Assembly (NCBI GenBank): GCA_038496445.1
Contig: JALMLS010000377.1
Span: 248,001 to 312,000, forward strand
Source of the DNA: Trichosphaerium sp. ATCC 40318
Taxonomy: Eukaryota; Protista; Tubulinea
Length of the DNA stretch: 64,000 bases
Direction of reading: 5' to 3'
Shown here: piece after piece, positions 12,817-26,183 of the stretch
Layout: every line of letters starts with the position of its first letter
Numbering within the stretch: position 1 is the first letter of the stretch
The notes under the pieces: model-generated
Told to the model about the DNA's origin: nothing
The model's database searches: none
What the model saw: the letters and a program-made list of their open reading frames with translations, nothing else
Position numbers and translations under genes: made by a program

Positions 12817-14676
12817 TTACAACAGTAAAGTAACTACAACCAGGAAGAATATACAGTGCGCTGCGACCTGATGAGCATCACTTGTAGGAGCATTCATAGT
12901 AGTAGGACTCGCACCGCTTGTAGGTACACTTGAAGTAGTAGGACTCATAGCAGTTGTCGGAGCGCTTACAGTGGTAGGATTCATACTTGGCGGTGTGGTT
13001 ATCGTGCTCGTTGGTTCTAAAGCAGGTGGATTACAGAATATGTTTAACGATTCATCAACAAAAATGAAGGATGTGGTTGAGTTGCGTCCTTCAGGTAGAC
13101 TTCTTTCAGTTCGAGCTACAACCTAAGCAACACTGTTAAACTAACGCCTACTGAATTAAAACAGGTTAGCTCTTACAATTCCAATACCACATGATTGCCC
13201 TGGAAGCCATGCTACTTTTGTTATCCTTGGATTTTCAAACGTGTTATTAGGAAGGACAGTATCAACAAGTGACGCTGTTGATGATAACGCTGACATATAC
13301 GTGTTTGTTCCATTAGTGTAAGTAGCAATGAAAGCACTATCAGCTGAAGGGGATGCAACGATTGAATATGAAATAGCTAGAGGTATAGAGTTTGCTGATA
13401 TATTTGTTGTTCCGATCACTTTAACCTTCGCATTTCCTTCACACTTGACTTGGAATTGAAGTACTTTAATATTGCTACCTTCTCCATAGATTAATGCAAA
13501 CTGTTCTGATACTGAATCATATGCTAGACCCATTGCTAGTGATACAAATGACGTATTTACGAGAGCATACTCAGAAAGAAACTAGAACATGTTTTAAAAG
13601 AAATGTGATGAAAACAAATGAAGAGTGTTTGCTTACTATCTCTTTTCCCTTTAGTACTGTCATTTTTAAAATACCTCCATTAGTAAATCCTGGTGATTTG
13701 AAAACAGCTACAACACACCCATTGTCATCAACAGTAGCATCGCCACCGCTTATTTGGCCAGTAACTCCAGCAAAAAGTTAGAGAAAAAACGTTATTTGAC
13801 TTTGTTTCCGTACAAGTTCTACCTGTGTCAATGGTAACATTTCGTGATACTGCATCAACATATATTGGATAAACATTGCGAAAGTTGATGTAGTCGTTCA
13901 CAATGACATACGTTTTTGAAGCTAGGTTACACTCCATTAGTACTTGAAATAGTGCTAAAACTCAAAACATACATGAATCGTAAGTGAACCCAAAGCTGAA
14001 AGGTACCACCACTGCGTCTCTAAATTCGATTGGTTCTGATATCTCGAACTCCTTTACAATGTGTTAAAAATATTGAGAATCACATGATTCTTCAACTTGA
14101 AGACTTTAAAACCAGAAACAAATGTTAAACTTACTCCTGCTCCATTAGCACTTATAAACCTCATACGGCAAGGTAATGGGCTAAATCCACGTCGTAGTGA
14201 TCTTGTATTATCACAAGAAACAAAAGAAAACTCATTATTTCCATAAACAACACCATATGCTCTCTCGATACCGAACAAGCGAACAACATCCGCTGTTTTA
14301 GACGAGATGCCTATTACGTTGTTAGCAATCCAATAGTGATCTAAAAAGTACTCTGTTGTGTTCCCACTACCACCAATATGCCACTAGGTCCAACTTTTAG
14401 TTGGTTAGCGACAAAGGTTTTGTTTTCAATTGCCGACACAATACATATTGTAGGTCCATGGCCAGCGATATCACCAGTGGCTACAAAAGGATTATCAAGT
14501 TGTTCAGTGGCACCAAGCTTTTCTGCGACATCATTAAACCCCTGAATATCATCCCACTTGTTGGCACCCATAGCGACATGAGCTAGCCGTGTGTTAAACA
14601 AGCACAGACGGTTTATAAGGTATGTACCAGTGAGCACAATGGAAACCAATATAAAAATGAGCTTGAACGACAACAT
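12817..14676 (-). CDS. Putative GPI-anchored surface protein with Ser/Thr/Pro-rich stalk
   Basis: N-terminal signal peptide MLSFKLIFILVSIVL. The last exon encodes PTSTITTPPSMNPTTVSAPTT...SDAHQVAAHCIFFLVVVTLLL*, a mucin-like stalk plus hydrophobic tail. Confidence 0.68.
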
Positions 14677-15591
14677 ACTTGTACCAACAAAACCAATAAA
14701 ATGAAGGAGGATTTAGGATACTGTGTTATCAAATTTATTGACTCTGCGTTAATTGTTGTTAAATGTAATCACTGAATAATTAGTTGGGTAATTCAAGAAA
14801 CACTTGACACTTTATCTTAATGTGCACTGCATTGCAACTTGCAAAAATATTTATGACTTTATTCGTTGCTGTGGTTGGTTGTAGAGTTATTGATCACGGT
14901 TTGTGTTTATCACGTGCACGTGCTTGTGAAACGTTATTTTATATATACAACATGATACATTTGCTAGATATTAGTACGCTGCTAGCCCAGATTAACCAAA
15001 TGGGAGTTTTCTAATCGCTAGAAATGTCTGAATATTTCGGAATAAAAAATTGTCCTCTGTGAACGTCGTGATGTAGCGCACTATCCTTAAACATGGCTCA
15101 CCTCTGAAAATAAATAGATGACCTATTAACCTTTGCAAACTTGAACCCTATGTATGTACTTACCAATTCAGCCTATTCAAATATACGAGCCGGCGTGTTT
15201 TAGAATAATCATGTTTGTTTCTTTATAAAATATGGAACGTTGAGACCTCAAAAAACCTCTTTGAGCAATCCGTCAAAGTGATTCTTTTCCAAGACACATC
15301 CAATTTCTAAAACCAGCTCGCTGTAGGTACTATACTAATGTGCTGTGAGCTAAATTGTCAAAAACAAAATCAATGGATCTTAATTGTTCTTCAGGTGAAA
15401 CTTGAGTTGTGAGCTATGGGCATCAAGCATTCATTACAAAAGCAACAGTCCAAATAAACATATTCTAGTTTTTCATCAAATCCGATGTCAAGTGCTCGAC
15501 AGTTTACCAATTGGATCAGGAAGTCAGATTTCGTCAAATCGCGAGATCAAGCTTGATCTCTCGGAATGCTTGTTTTTAATACATTGCGATA

Positions 15592-17495
15592 ATGCAGAGC
15601 GTTTCGAGACGCAGACTGTTGTATATTTGTGTTTTTATAGCACTCAGCAATTTCTTGGCTGTATGTTATTGGCAGAAGCAAAATATAGCGTACTACGCTA
15701 ACGGAATATCACTCTATGCGTATACACCCCCAGGCTCGTAAATACATTTAAACCAACACATTTACAGCCCAAATGACTGTATTTTAGCGGTAATACAAGC
15801 TAAAAACGGCATCAAATTCTTACATTACTGTAATCGAAACTATGAGGTGGTTTCGCCTGCGAAGGAGTTCAAATACACTCTAAGCTTAAATCCGCCATGT
15901 GTAGACCCGAAAAGTTCAAGCGACGCCTTTTGGAGCGCATACAAGTCAGTTTAGTAGTAAACCATTGTCTAAATAACTCCTAGAGCGGCTGAAGCAGTAC
16001 AACAAGCTAATGACTGTAGAAATTCTGATTCTAAGTACATTTTATTCTTCCCTGATGCATAGTACGTCCAGAGCTTGACATATGAGATTTGCATTACGCT
16101 TAAATAAAGTCTGACATGTTCAAGTCGGTATTCGACTTTGTAAAGTTTGCACATACTCAGTGGTTACTTTAGTATGTGCGGTTTTGGTTGTGCAAGTACT
16201 TCATTAATTCGCGCACTTGATGTATCAATGAGACTGAACTATACACTTGTATTAGCTCCTTCAGAACGTATTTGGGCGGTATGTCTTCTATTTCGGATTG
16301 TCAGTGTTTGTTTTTAAACGATTTCTAATTGTGTTAGTATTACTCGAAAACTACTTGTCCTACGCGTGAAGTATCATGCTACTTTGAAAGTATAGTGAAC
16401 ACTACAGAATGTAGATGGCAGTCTTTATTCAATGCAACTTCGATGAAACCTTATGAGAATATATTTGAGACTACAATTGATATGGACAGAATGAAGTTTG
16501 AAGGACTTGAAAAAATGAAGAAGCATAATCACTTTTTACTTTCAAATACATGGGTAAGATTAAATATCACGTGATTTTTGCTTTGAATTAAAAAAATGTC
16601 TTGTTTCTCATGAAGTATAGCGAGGCCTACCCGATATACATGATGATTTTAAAGCCAGCTTAAATAGGCTAAGGTAAGTAGAAGAAAAATAAGAGTGACG
16701 AATTGACTTGTTTCATTCAGGTATCAAAGCGCATTATTGCACTACTTGCTTCGTCCCACAGCTGACATAAAATCCCGTATTGATAAAGCAAAGGATAATA
16801 TAAATTTTGACACGTTACATCCTATTATAGGCATGTTTATAAGAAGAGGAGATTCTATAAAAGATAAACGAAAACAAGTTCCCCTATCTGGTATTGTTTT
16901 TCAATAGCTCTGTTTTGGTTTAAGGTTAACCTTTTGTTTTAGATTTTATGCGGGCTGCTGAGCATTTGAGGCGTATTCATGGTGTTACCAATATATACTT
17001 GTTAACTGTACGTGTCAAAGAAGAACAAAATCGAGAAGGTTTCTGACTTTTTTGATACTAGCGTTCGATGGAGGTTTGGAATCAAACAAAGGATTACCCT
17101 GACTGGAACTTTTATGGTCATACAGAGTATATGCATAAAGACGGTTGGCATTATGGCGAATCATATAAAGCTCATGAAAACGATAAGGATGTAGAGAAAG
17201 ACATCTATGGGACATTCGTTCCTTTGTTTATTTTTAGAGAATGTGATATGTTTGTTGGTACTCTTCTTTCTAATTTTGGGAGTATTGGATTCAAGCTTAT
17301 GGTACGATCTTAGTTGAACCTTTTTCCAAACAGAATACCATTACTTTCTGATGATCAATGTTTACATAGGTTGGGCATAAGGAGGGTATAATACCACCGC
17401 ATGTATCACTTGTAGAAGATGTAAGGTATTAAACAAAAAAAAAAAAGATGAATTTCACGTAGACTTTGCTTATTCCATCTGAACCTGAATTGTAA
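15592..17495 (+). CDS. GT23 / alpha-1,6-fucosyltransferase-like type II membrane glycosyltransferase
   Basis: Signal anchor MQSVSRRRLLYICVFIALS, then CGFGC, PIIGMFIRRGD, NIYLLT and ECDMFVGTLLSNFG motifs. Confidence 0.7.
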
Positions 17496-17998
17496 AATAA
17501 ATTCTACTAAAATCGTTAGTACGATAAACGAAGTGTTGTAGAAGATCCTTTATGAATTGTAATAACGCGTGATAAGTGAGTACAAGCTTAACCAGAAAAT
17601 GTTGTAATGTACACTAAACGACACGCCATGACAAACTATGTACTGTTTTTATGCCATGTGATTTATTCTTATGAATGGGAAGGTTCATATAGTTTTGTCT
17701 TAGGAATGGGGATATTAAGTCTTAGGAGCTTGGCAGTTCTAAGTTGTTTTGAGATCTACTGTATTGTAATGTAATAAAATTGAATTTTTTTTGTATTTTT
17801 TACTTTTTGCTATGTTGTGTGGATCTATCTGCAATTCAATATTTGAGTATGAAATTCTTGTATAGACGTTTAAGTAACTTATATCCTTTAAGTAAATTGC
17901 TTCCACTAGCTCGTGTTTTTGAATAATTTATAATTTTATTTAATAGTTGGATAACATTGAAAACTGTTTCTAGTATTCTTTGTTCTTAAAATTTTCTT

Positions 17999-20151
17999 CT
18001 AATTTTTGCCAAGCTCTTTCTCCCAATCAAAGTGATTGTATGCTGTCTTTTGTGCTAGATTCCAAATTTCAATAAAACCAGCAGAACTGTTTTGATTAAA
18101 TGAAGGATTCTTATCGAACGTAGCAAGATCCATATCAAATAGAGAGTGAGGCGACTCAACTGCAACAATAGTAGCAGATCCCTTGTAAAGCTTTACAGTA
18201 ACAACACCTACAAAACTAAGCAACAGCAACAAGTAAAACAAGAAGAAACGTCAAAAACCGCCTCTGTGGTAGAAAAAACAAAAAAAAATTTAAAACCCCC
18301 TAATGTTGCGTACCGCTGACTTTTTTGTTTTGGCTGTTCGTGTACGCGTGGATGTGGTACATGACCGGATCGTACCTATAGTAATAAATCAGCTTACTAG
18401 TAATGTAGAAATGAAGCGTGTAATTCACGTGACAATCACGTGACATACCATTTTGCTCCATATGTTAGGTAAGCCCATTTTGTATCCATGAATCGTTTCA
18501 ACTCATTTTCTTCTCGTGTTGATACCAACATTTCTAATTTTTTATGGGCTGAAACCAATATGGTAGCAGCTGGATTCTCATAGATTCCTCGTACTTTCAA
18601 ACCAACAATACGATCTTCAATCAAGTGGAATACGCCTAACGAAAAAAAAAGTAAATAACCACTCGTCATAGTTCATGTCTTTCAAGGAAGCTATAGTATA
18701 CATACCAACAGCGTTCCTGCCACCAACTGTGTTGGCTTCTTTGATAAGTTCGCTGAGCTTCATTGCTTTACCATTCAATTTTGTAGGGACACCTGATACG
18801 TGTGTTAACAAAAAATCCAAAAACAAAAAAAAAACATCAAAAAAAGAAATCGACTTGATTGGTTTGTACCTCGCTCGAACTCAACTTTAACAAGCTCTGG
18901 TTTATCAGGAGCCTATAGATGTAATGTAAGTTATACTATACAACGATGTAAGAAAATATACGCACCTGCTCAGGTGTAACACACCACTGAAGAATTTTCT
19001 CAAGAGGTGGAATCAATTTTGGATCTTCAATTTCACCACCCTCACCAGTGTTACCCCACATATTCTCATCGTATGAGTATGGTGTATCTTTCTTTTGTTT
19101 CACTGGAATACCATGCTTCTTAGCATATTCAAGCTCCTCATCACGACCCATACCCCATTCCCTATGAACAAGGTAAGAACAAGGAATTTTTCGAAAAAAA
19201 CGAAAAAGAATGCCTGCACTCCAACAGAAAGAAAAAAAAAAAAAAGACGCTAGTTCCAGACTATGTAATACATAGGGAACACGTTCAAGCGATTTACCCA
19301 CAGTTGGGGTTATTGAATTTTTTTTTTCCTTTGTGTGTTCTTAAAAAGACAATTTGAAGTGGTAACGTAAGAAATACCAACCGCTTGGGCTTGGTTTTAG
19401 TGTTTACTTACCTTACTGGAGCGATGACTTTGAGTTTAGGATTCAAAGTTGTAATGTAACTTTCAAATCGGACTTGATCGTTACCCTTTCCTGTACATCC
19501 ATGGGCGATTACCTACACGATGTGAGTTTGGGAACTGCTCCCGCTTTGAAGCTTGAAGTAACGCACCTCGCAACCATATTTCTCGGCTACTCGTACAGCG
19601 ATTTTAGAGATAATTACGCGCGCTAATGGTGTGCTAAGAGCGTAACCGCCTTGGTAATCAGCATTCGCTTTAATGGCTTCTGATAAGTATACATCTGCGA
19701 ATTCGTCCCTGGCGTCGTGTACGACAGCCTCTTTTGCTTTGAGCGTTATAGCCTATAAAAGTACGGTCAGGGTACAAAACGAACAAATGCTGTAATTCAT
19801 TACCTTTTTCTTGATAGCTTCTAAATCGTCTGCAGTTTGTCCAAGGTCAACAGTGAGAGCGTACACCTAAAAAATAAATAAGACCTTTAAAAAACAATCG
19901 CTAGAATAGGTATGCGCTGGTATTATCGCTATGATAGCATCACTACGCTACGTACTTCGCAGTCGTATTCCTCTTGGATCCATCTGTTACAGTATTAGAT
20001 GAATTGCCGCCAACCAAATAATGATAGCGTACTTTAGCATAACAGAGGTATCTAAGCCTCCAGAATACAATAAGAGGCATTTTTTAAATGTTCCCTTTTT
20101 AGCTTCGTGTGAGGCTACTTTGATGTATGCGTTAGGTTTAGTTACTTCCAT
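17999..20151 (-). CDS. ASS1: Argininosuccinate synthase
   Basis: [54 protein letters not shown] and SAGFIEIW across about 10 exons. Confidence 0.95.
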
Positions 20152-21021
20152 TGTATTGTATTCTTTCGTTTTTTTGGGTGTGACAAGCCCTGAATAGGTG
20201 AAAGTGACTTAAAGCAATGTTCATTTTTTCTTGTATTTTTTGTAGAAACGAAACTCAATAAACTCAAACAACAATGTAATGTGACGTTACTTTATATATG
20301 TGAGAACAGCATGGAGGTGCGAATGCAAAGTTTGGATAAAGGTGGTGAGCATTCTGACAACTTTTCATTGTGTGGAAAAAATCTGACGCTTCCTTCGATC
20401 TGGCGGTGACGTGAATGCAAAAATGGCGCCGGTTTGCGAAAAGCTTTCACCCGCGGAACATTGCCCAATTTTGGCCAGTGAGAAACGCTATCCACAGTCT
20501 GTAGCCTGTGTACCAAACGAGCAATACGACTGTAGTACGCCCTTATCTACGTGGTTCACATTTTCAATGGAGTTGACCTGCAATAACACTATTTTTTTCT
20601 GGTTTAGCTAATTTTTAACACGCAACTTCCGGTTAGCAAGCACGTGATTTATTGCCATGTACGATCGATAAGTAATTGCTGTTTGTTGAACAGTAGTTAA
20701 TTCTTAAACAGCTCTGTTGTCTTGCTATCAAAACAGACAAAAAATATCTGTCGAACAATGGCATAAGATAAGAACGTTTGAGATCAGTACAGACAAAAAA
20801 GACACAAAACTCTAGCGGGTAGGCTATGCTACGACCAAAATTTGTACCGTTTCTTTCCCACCACTAAACCTGCACTCGTTGGAAGTAATGCATTTAAACT
20901 GGTACCTTGGTTTCAGAGTTCGGGATAGTTATTTGACCGAAAAAAAAAAATTTGCTCACAAATAGTATTTTTCCTACCAAATTCCGGACTTTTTAGGTAT
21001 TTCTCGTCCCGGTATAATCAA

Positions 21022-22536
21022 ATGACACAACCGACATTAAACACAAGTATCTGGTTTGATAAACTGTCTGATGGTACGGTCGCATCCATCGCAGATGTAT
21101 TTAGCCAAGAGTTTGCTATTGCCCAACCAACATATTGTACGCTCTCACAACCTTTCAATATGCAATGTGCAACATATGCAGCACAGTATGTCCGTCAAAG
21201 ATTTCCAGAACTCAATAGAACTGAATTTGTTTGTCTATACAAGACATGCCACTTTGATAGAGTAATGCAACCTGAAGCAAAGGCTGTACGTATTACAAAC
21301 TTTCAACCAATCTCACATCAATAGGCTAAAGCTATCCGTCTGGAACACTATGAACATAAAACAGAGGAAGATCTTCAAAAAGCTGTAGATGCAGATGTCT
21401 TGGAGGTCATTAATTGTCACCCAACAGAACTTGGACTTCTGCAATGGAAGGTAAGATTCCACAATCGACTTCAAGATAGCTTTTAGCCTAATGTACTCAA
21501 CCGTGTTTAGATATCATTCCATACTACTTCAAAAGGCGATAGTACTTCTCTATGCATGGTGTTGTCATCTAGCCACAATCACGTTGATGGTGTATCTATT
21601 CAAAGACTCACAGGACACTTTCTTTCTGCATATGCAAAATCACTCGAATCTCCAAACACTCCACTTCCAAAACCAGACAGATTACCTCTATACTCGTACT
21701 TACCTCAAGAACACATCAATATATCTTCTTGGCAATGTGCTCTTAATTCTACATTAAGTGGGTTAGCAGTAAGAGCGATAAAACGCAAACAACCAAAGTG
21801 TCATTGGTACAAGAAAGATGCTTCAAAGAAAGAAGTCAGATATCACATTTTAAAACAAACGGTATCAGCCCAAAATGTTAAAGAGCTATTGAACAAATGC
21901 CGGGGCAGGAAACTTACTATAGGCGCTGCAATACACGCTTGCTTATTCTACAATACGGCTAAATCATACTTTGCAAGCGAAGGATCTTCAAACAAATGGT
22001 CACTTAACATTGGTCTAAGTAAGAACATGAGACCTTACCTGAACCCTCCTCTCCCTCCTACAGTGATTGCTCCACAACAAGGTTCCGTAGAAGTATGTTT
22101 CGCTTCAGAAAGAAGAGACATTGAATCCCTGAAAGGAGTAGAAAAAAGTGAGAAAATTTGGCAATGGGCTTCACTTTCCAGAAAAACCGTTCTAGATTCT
22201 AATTCCAGTAATGCAATATCGGGTGATTTAATACTTGCTTATATTATCCGAAACCACCACAAACATATTGTGGATATAGAGTACCTTGGCGATCTATGGT
22301 TTTCAAATGTTGGTCTTTTTACACCGCCTCCTGAATTGTCTGCTGCAGGTATAAGAATTGAATCGACATACACTGCAATGGTTCCATTCAAGCCAGCTTA
22401 TGATATTGTGTGGAGTAATACAGTTAAGGGGAGTGACATGGTATTGTCAATGGCTGTTGATACAGAAGTAAGAAACTTAGAAGATGCACAAGTATTCCTT
22501 AAAGATGTTGTGAAAACAATTACTGCACTAGAGTAA
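21022..22536 (+). CDS. CoA-dependent acyltransferase (alcohol acetyltransferase/PapA5/condensation-like fold)
   Basis: HxxxDG motif HNHVDG, LLNKCRGRKLTIGAAIHAC, NMRPYLNPP and FSNVG. Two introns joined in frame. Confidence 0.65.
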
Positions 22537-22814
22537 TACAAGTAAATTAAATAATGAAATAGTAAAATGAACTTTAGTGTCAAACATATTTCGATATCAC
22601 GAAGCTGACACTTGCTACCTGCATGTTGCCTAGTTTTATTAAAACATGTGGCTAACGTTTTCTTTAATTTTTTATTTTCTCTTTTTATGCTCTAAAGAAG
22701 AAGCACGTGGTTTGATATTTTGGGAAGACAAAATTGAAAAAGAGTACAATTACAAGAGTTCAGTCTATTGCAGTGAAATTGAGTATTAATTAATTTGGAA
22801 GGAGTTGTTTACTT

Positions 22815-24453
22815 TCAATTTTTCTTCTTTTTCCTTGACATCTTTATTCTATTTGCAGCCCAACTTTCAAAAAAGAAAACCTCATAAAAGTTATCTTTAA
22901 TGCCTCTATTATAGATGTTTACTATCTTCTCTACTGGTCCAATAGAGTCTAAACGCTTGTATATAAGTGATATCCATTTATACGATAAGTAATCCTGTTC
23001 ATCTTCATCAAGAGGTTCCTTAAAAGTAAGGAGTTGTGGAATAATATCGGTCTTCAAATCATTCCATTTAAATGTCTCGTATGTTGTTACACCATACCAA
23101 ATCAAAGATACATGGAATAACGCGAACGCGAATAGGACAACAGATACAATAGATGTGAATAAAGCAAGCGCAAAAACCCCACTAAAGTTCACAAGTAAGA
23201 CCTAAATAAGACATCAATAATAATTCCGTTGTTTAGTTTTTGAAATGGTTCTGAGGTCGTACTTGTAGTAATTGTAAAAGTGACATTGTCACAAGTTCGC
23301 CCTAAATATATTTAGCAAAAAACAATACTGAACAGGGCACAAGTATACAGTACACGTGGTAAAAATTCACGTGATGAAGAGGGGTAAAAAAAAAAGCAAG
23401 TAAAAATTTTTGGTTAATAAACGTACAGCTTTGTTTGTGTAAGTGAGATCCCACAATCCATGACGTTCGATAACGCCCATAAGTACAGCAATACCAACAT
23501 AACCACAGTATAAACATAATGCAGCTGTACTAAACAAGAACAGCAAGAAACTATACAAGTTACGTGCACCAACAGTAGTGTTTACCCAAGGGCAAAAATG
23601 ATCAAATCTAGCAACGTATTTCTTACTAATACCACAATATTTTGCGCGAGGCAACCTTTCAGAAAAAAACACGTGTTAGCAATCACGTGGTTTACCAAAA
23701 AAGGAAACAAATTGAGAAAAGTTTTGTCGTACCTTTTCAGGCCTGTTCTGGATTCTACACGGCCAGGAAAGTATAGTAAATGGTCGTAATCATAAAGTTT
23801 GGCGTAATAACCAAAGTTTTGCTTTGTTATCTCCCCAGGGTCGGAAATCGTTACGTAGTAATGCCACAGTAATACACCACCTACAAAGAAGTGTGGTATG
23901 TACCTATAGTGGTGATTAACGCTTTGTGAAGCCTTCAAAACGAAAAACAAAAACAATCAGAAAAAAAAAAGTGTAGCGTACAAATTGATTGCGGGAAGAT
24001 AAGGTCCAGGTATGTGTGGCCAGCATTTTAGCATAAATATTATGTAACCACCAATAATAAGCGAGTAATAAAATATCTATGGTTTTTTAGCTGTTAACGC
24101 TTGTTAAAAGTATGTTGTGGCGTACCATCATGAAGGGGTTACGCTCTGTGCAAACGTATTCGCATATTGATGTGCATTTTGTATGACACGTCTTACCGCA
24201 TACTGCCAACGTTAAATCGCTAGTTTTCGCGTAAGGTTAACGGTAAATGGATTTATTTAACGTTACCTGAGCCAAATCCATAGTTTTTTAGTTATTATGT
24301 TGTGTAACCATCCTAGGATAACGTTAAAACCATAGAAACTGGTAATGAGTGCTAACCAATTGGACCGTTTTTGTGCGACTTTGTTTCTCCAAATATTAAC
24401 GTATAGATCAATAGAACGACGCAAGTTATATAAATTATCGTCGGGATAAGCAT
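22815..24453 (-). CDS. DHHC-family protein S-acyltransferase (Swf1/ZDHHC4-like), DHFC variant
   Basis: N-terminus MLIPTIIYITCVVLLIYTLIFG..GPIGWLH, then SDPGEIT, ARFDHFCPWVN, TTYETFKW and NIYNRGIKDNF. Confidence 0.85.
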
Positions 24454-24617
24454 CCTTTATCAAGTGATTGAGCTAGGATAATTCTAAGAGGCATTACTTA
24501 TTCGTTCTCAATCAAGACTTAAACAACTGTTAGAATGCAGCTACATTTTCAGGTTTTTAAAGGGCATTGCAAGGACTCAATTAGTTGCAACTGCAATACA
24601 AATCTTTATTCATTTTG

Positions 24618-26183
24618 TCACAAACCATGCGGCTTATGGGTGGCAACAGTCACGAGTAGGAGCCAGACAATAGTGAAGACAATCACGCAAAATACTAGTG
24701 GAGTTGGTATTACTTTATCATTCTTTTTTATCCGACAAACAAAGTATCGAGTTCCATCCCAACAGTCTTGATGAGTAATCCACACCTTGCCATACAGAAA
24801 AGTTCGTTCTAAATGATTTTCTTTAGTACATTCTTCAAAAGGAATAGCACGTGTATATTCGTCGCCTTTTCTAGGACATAATGAATAGTATTTTTGAAAA
24901 ATCTTAAAGGCAACCTCCTTGTTACCTAATATGTTGTTCAGTCCTTGATGTCTAAAAAAAGTAATTATGTACCTACTAACCTCTCTAAGACTTCATCATA
25001 TCCGTCTTCATATCGTTTATATATTTGTACTGGAGGAACGTATACTGGTTCCTGAACAAAAGTTCTTGGTGGGTAGTTTTTACCGAGGATGGGAAAGCTG
25101 ATTTAATAAGTCGTTTAAGTCTTTTTATATCTTTAGAGTTGTAACGTTTCATGATGTTATTAAAAGGGTTCCCTATGTCTAAAACAAGTGGCCTGTATCA
25201 CGTTAACTTTGACGTTTCTATCTGACATTGTTGTACCTTTGTTGTGCTGTGGTACTATCAATGAAGTGTTGGTAGTTCGGTTCTTTGTTTAAAATGAAAA
25301 CGAGTTCATCAGGATTAGACAGTTCTCTAAGCACATGACGTGCTAGTTGCTTTAGGTTTGTATCATTGTATTTTATTGCAACTCCAATGGAAAGCAATTC
25401 AATGAGGTATGACTTTGGATAACCGATAATATGTCTCGCCACCCGTTGTGCTTTAATTGTTCTGATAAACTTTTGTGCTACATGCATGTCTTTCAGTATC
25501 TCCCTGACAGATGTGAAGAGTAGAAGGAGCGCCTCCTTTTCGATTTGTACTGAATTGTCTTCCAAACCTTAACCGCGAAAGGCAATACCTATTATTGTTA
25601 AAACGAGCGCCTTTTTTTTTTCGTGTTATCACGTGCCTGGAAGCGCCGCTGTCGGTAATAAATCAATTCTAACGTTTTCCCCGTTGCACTTTCCTTCAAG
25701 TATTACAGAGTACGGTGTTACTGCCGTAACTTCAACACTAACCTGGAATACGTGATGATACGTTGTATATCTTCATAACGTGTTTATTTATTTCGTCCTC
25801 TGAGAGATTTTCAGAGGGAAATTGATGAAAGTACCTAGTAGGTGTTTAATAAAGAACAACCAAACCTGGTTTAGGTTCGTACAATACAAAATCATAATCT
25901 GATGTGGGTATATCTGTTTTCTTGCCTCTTGAGCCCGCCTTTGGTGGATTTAAAAACTATCAGACCTGTTGATTACTCTTACCTTGATTACAGTTGCTTT
26001 AAGCTCTTTCGCCAAGTAGAATACTACAGATTGTACCAACGACATGTGTCTGCGTCTTAACACCTCTTTAAAAATATCTTGCGAAGAAATACTAAGCAAA
26101 ACTTGTACACCAGGGGTCAATCCATTGCATAGGCTTGCGATGAGCTAACATAGCTCTATCCACAAAATTGAACAATCTACCAT
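24618..26183 (-). CDS. OAS (2'-5' oligoadenylate synthetase)/cGAS-DncV-like nucleotidyltransferase with probable C-terminal TM helix; may be frame-disrupted
   Basis: Spliced translation: ATVIK/AGSRGKKTDIPTSDYDFVL/YF ... VRIDLLPT ... KFIRTIK ... PKSYLIELLSI ... R/PLVLDIGNPFNN. This is collinear with OAS1 VVKGGSSGKGT..SDADLVVF, FDVLPA, LIRLVK, PPQYALELLT and RPVILDPADPTGN. Start and C-terminal joins are uncertain. Confidence 0.8.

Noticed and set aside
14960-15400. Possible minus-strand gene remnant with splice-like signals
   Set aside because: I could not assemble a stop-free frame or recognise a motif.
22815-24700. Functional link between the DHHC enzyme and the adjacent TM-anchored OAS
   Set aside because: Adjacency alone in a compact genome is not evidence.
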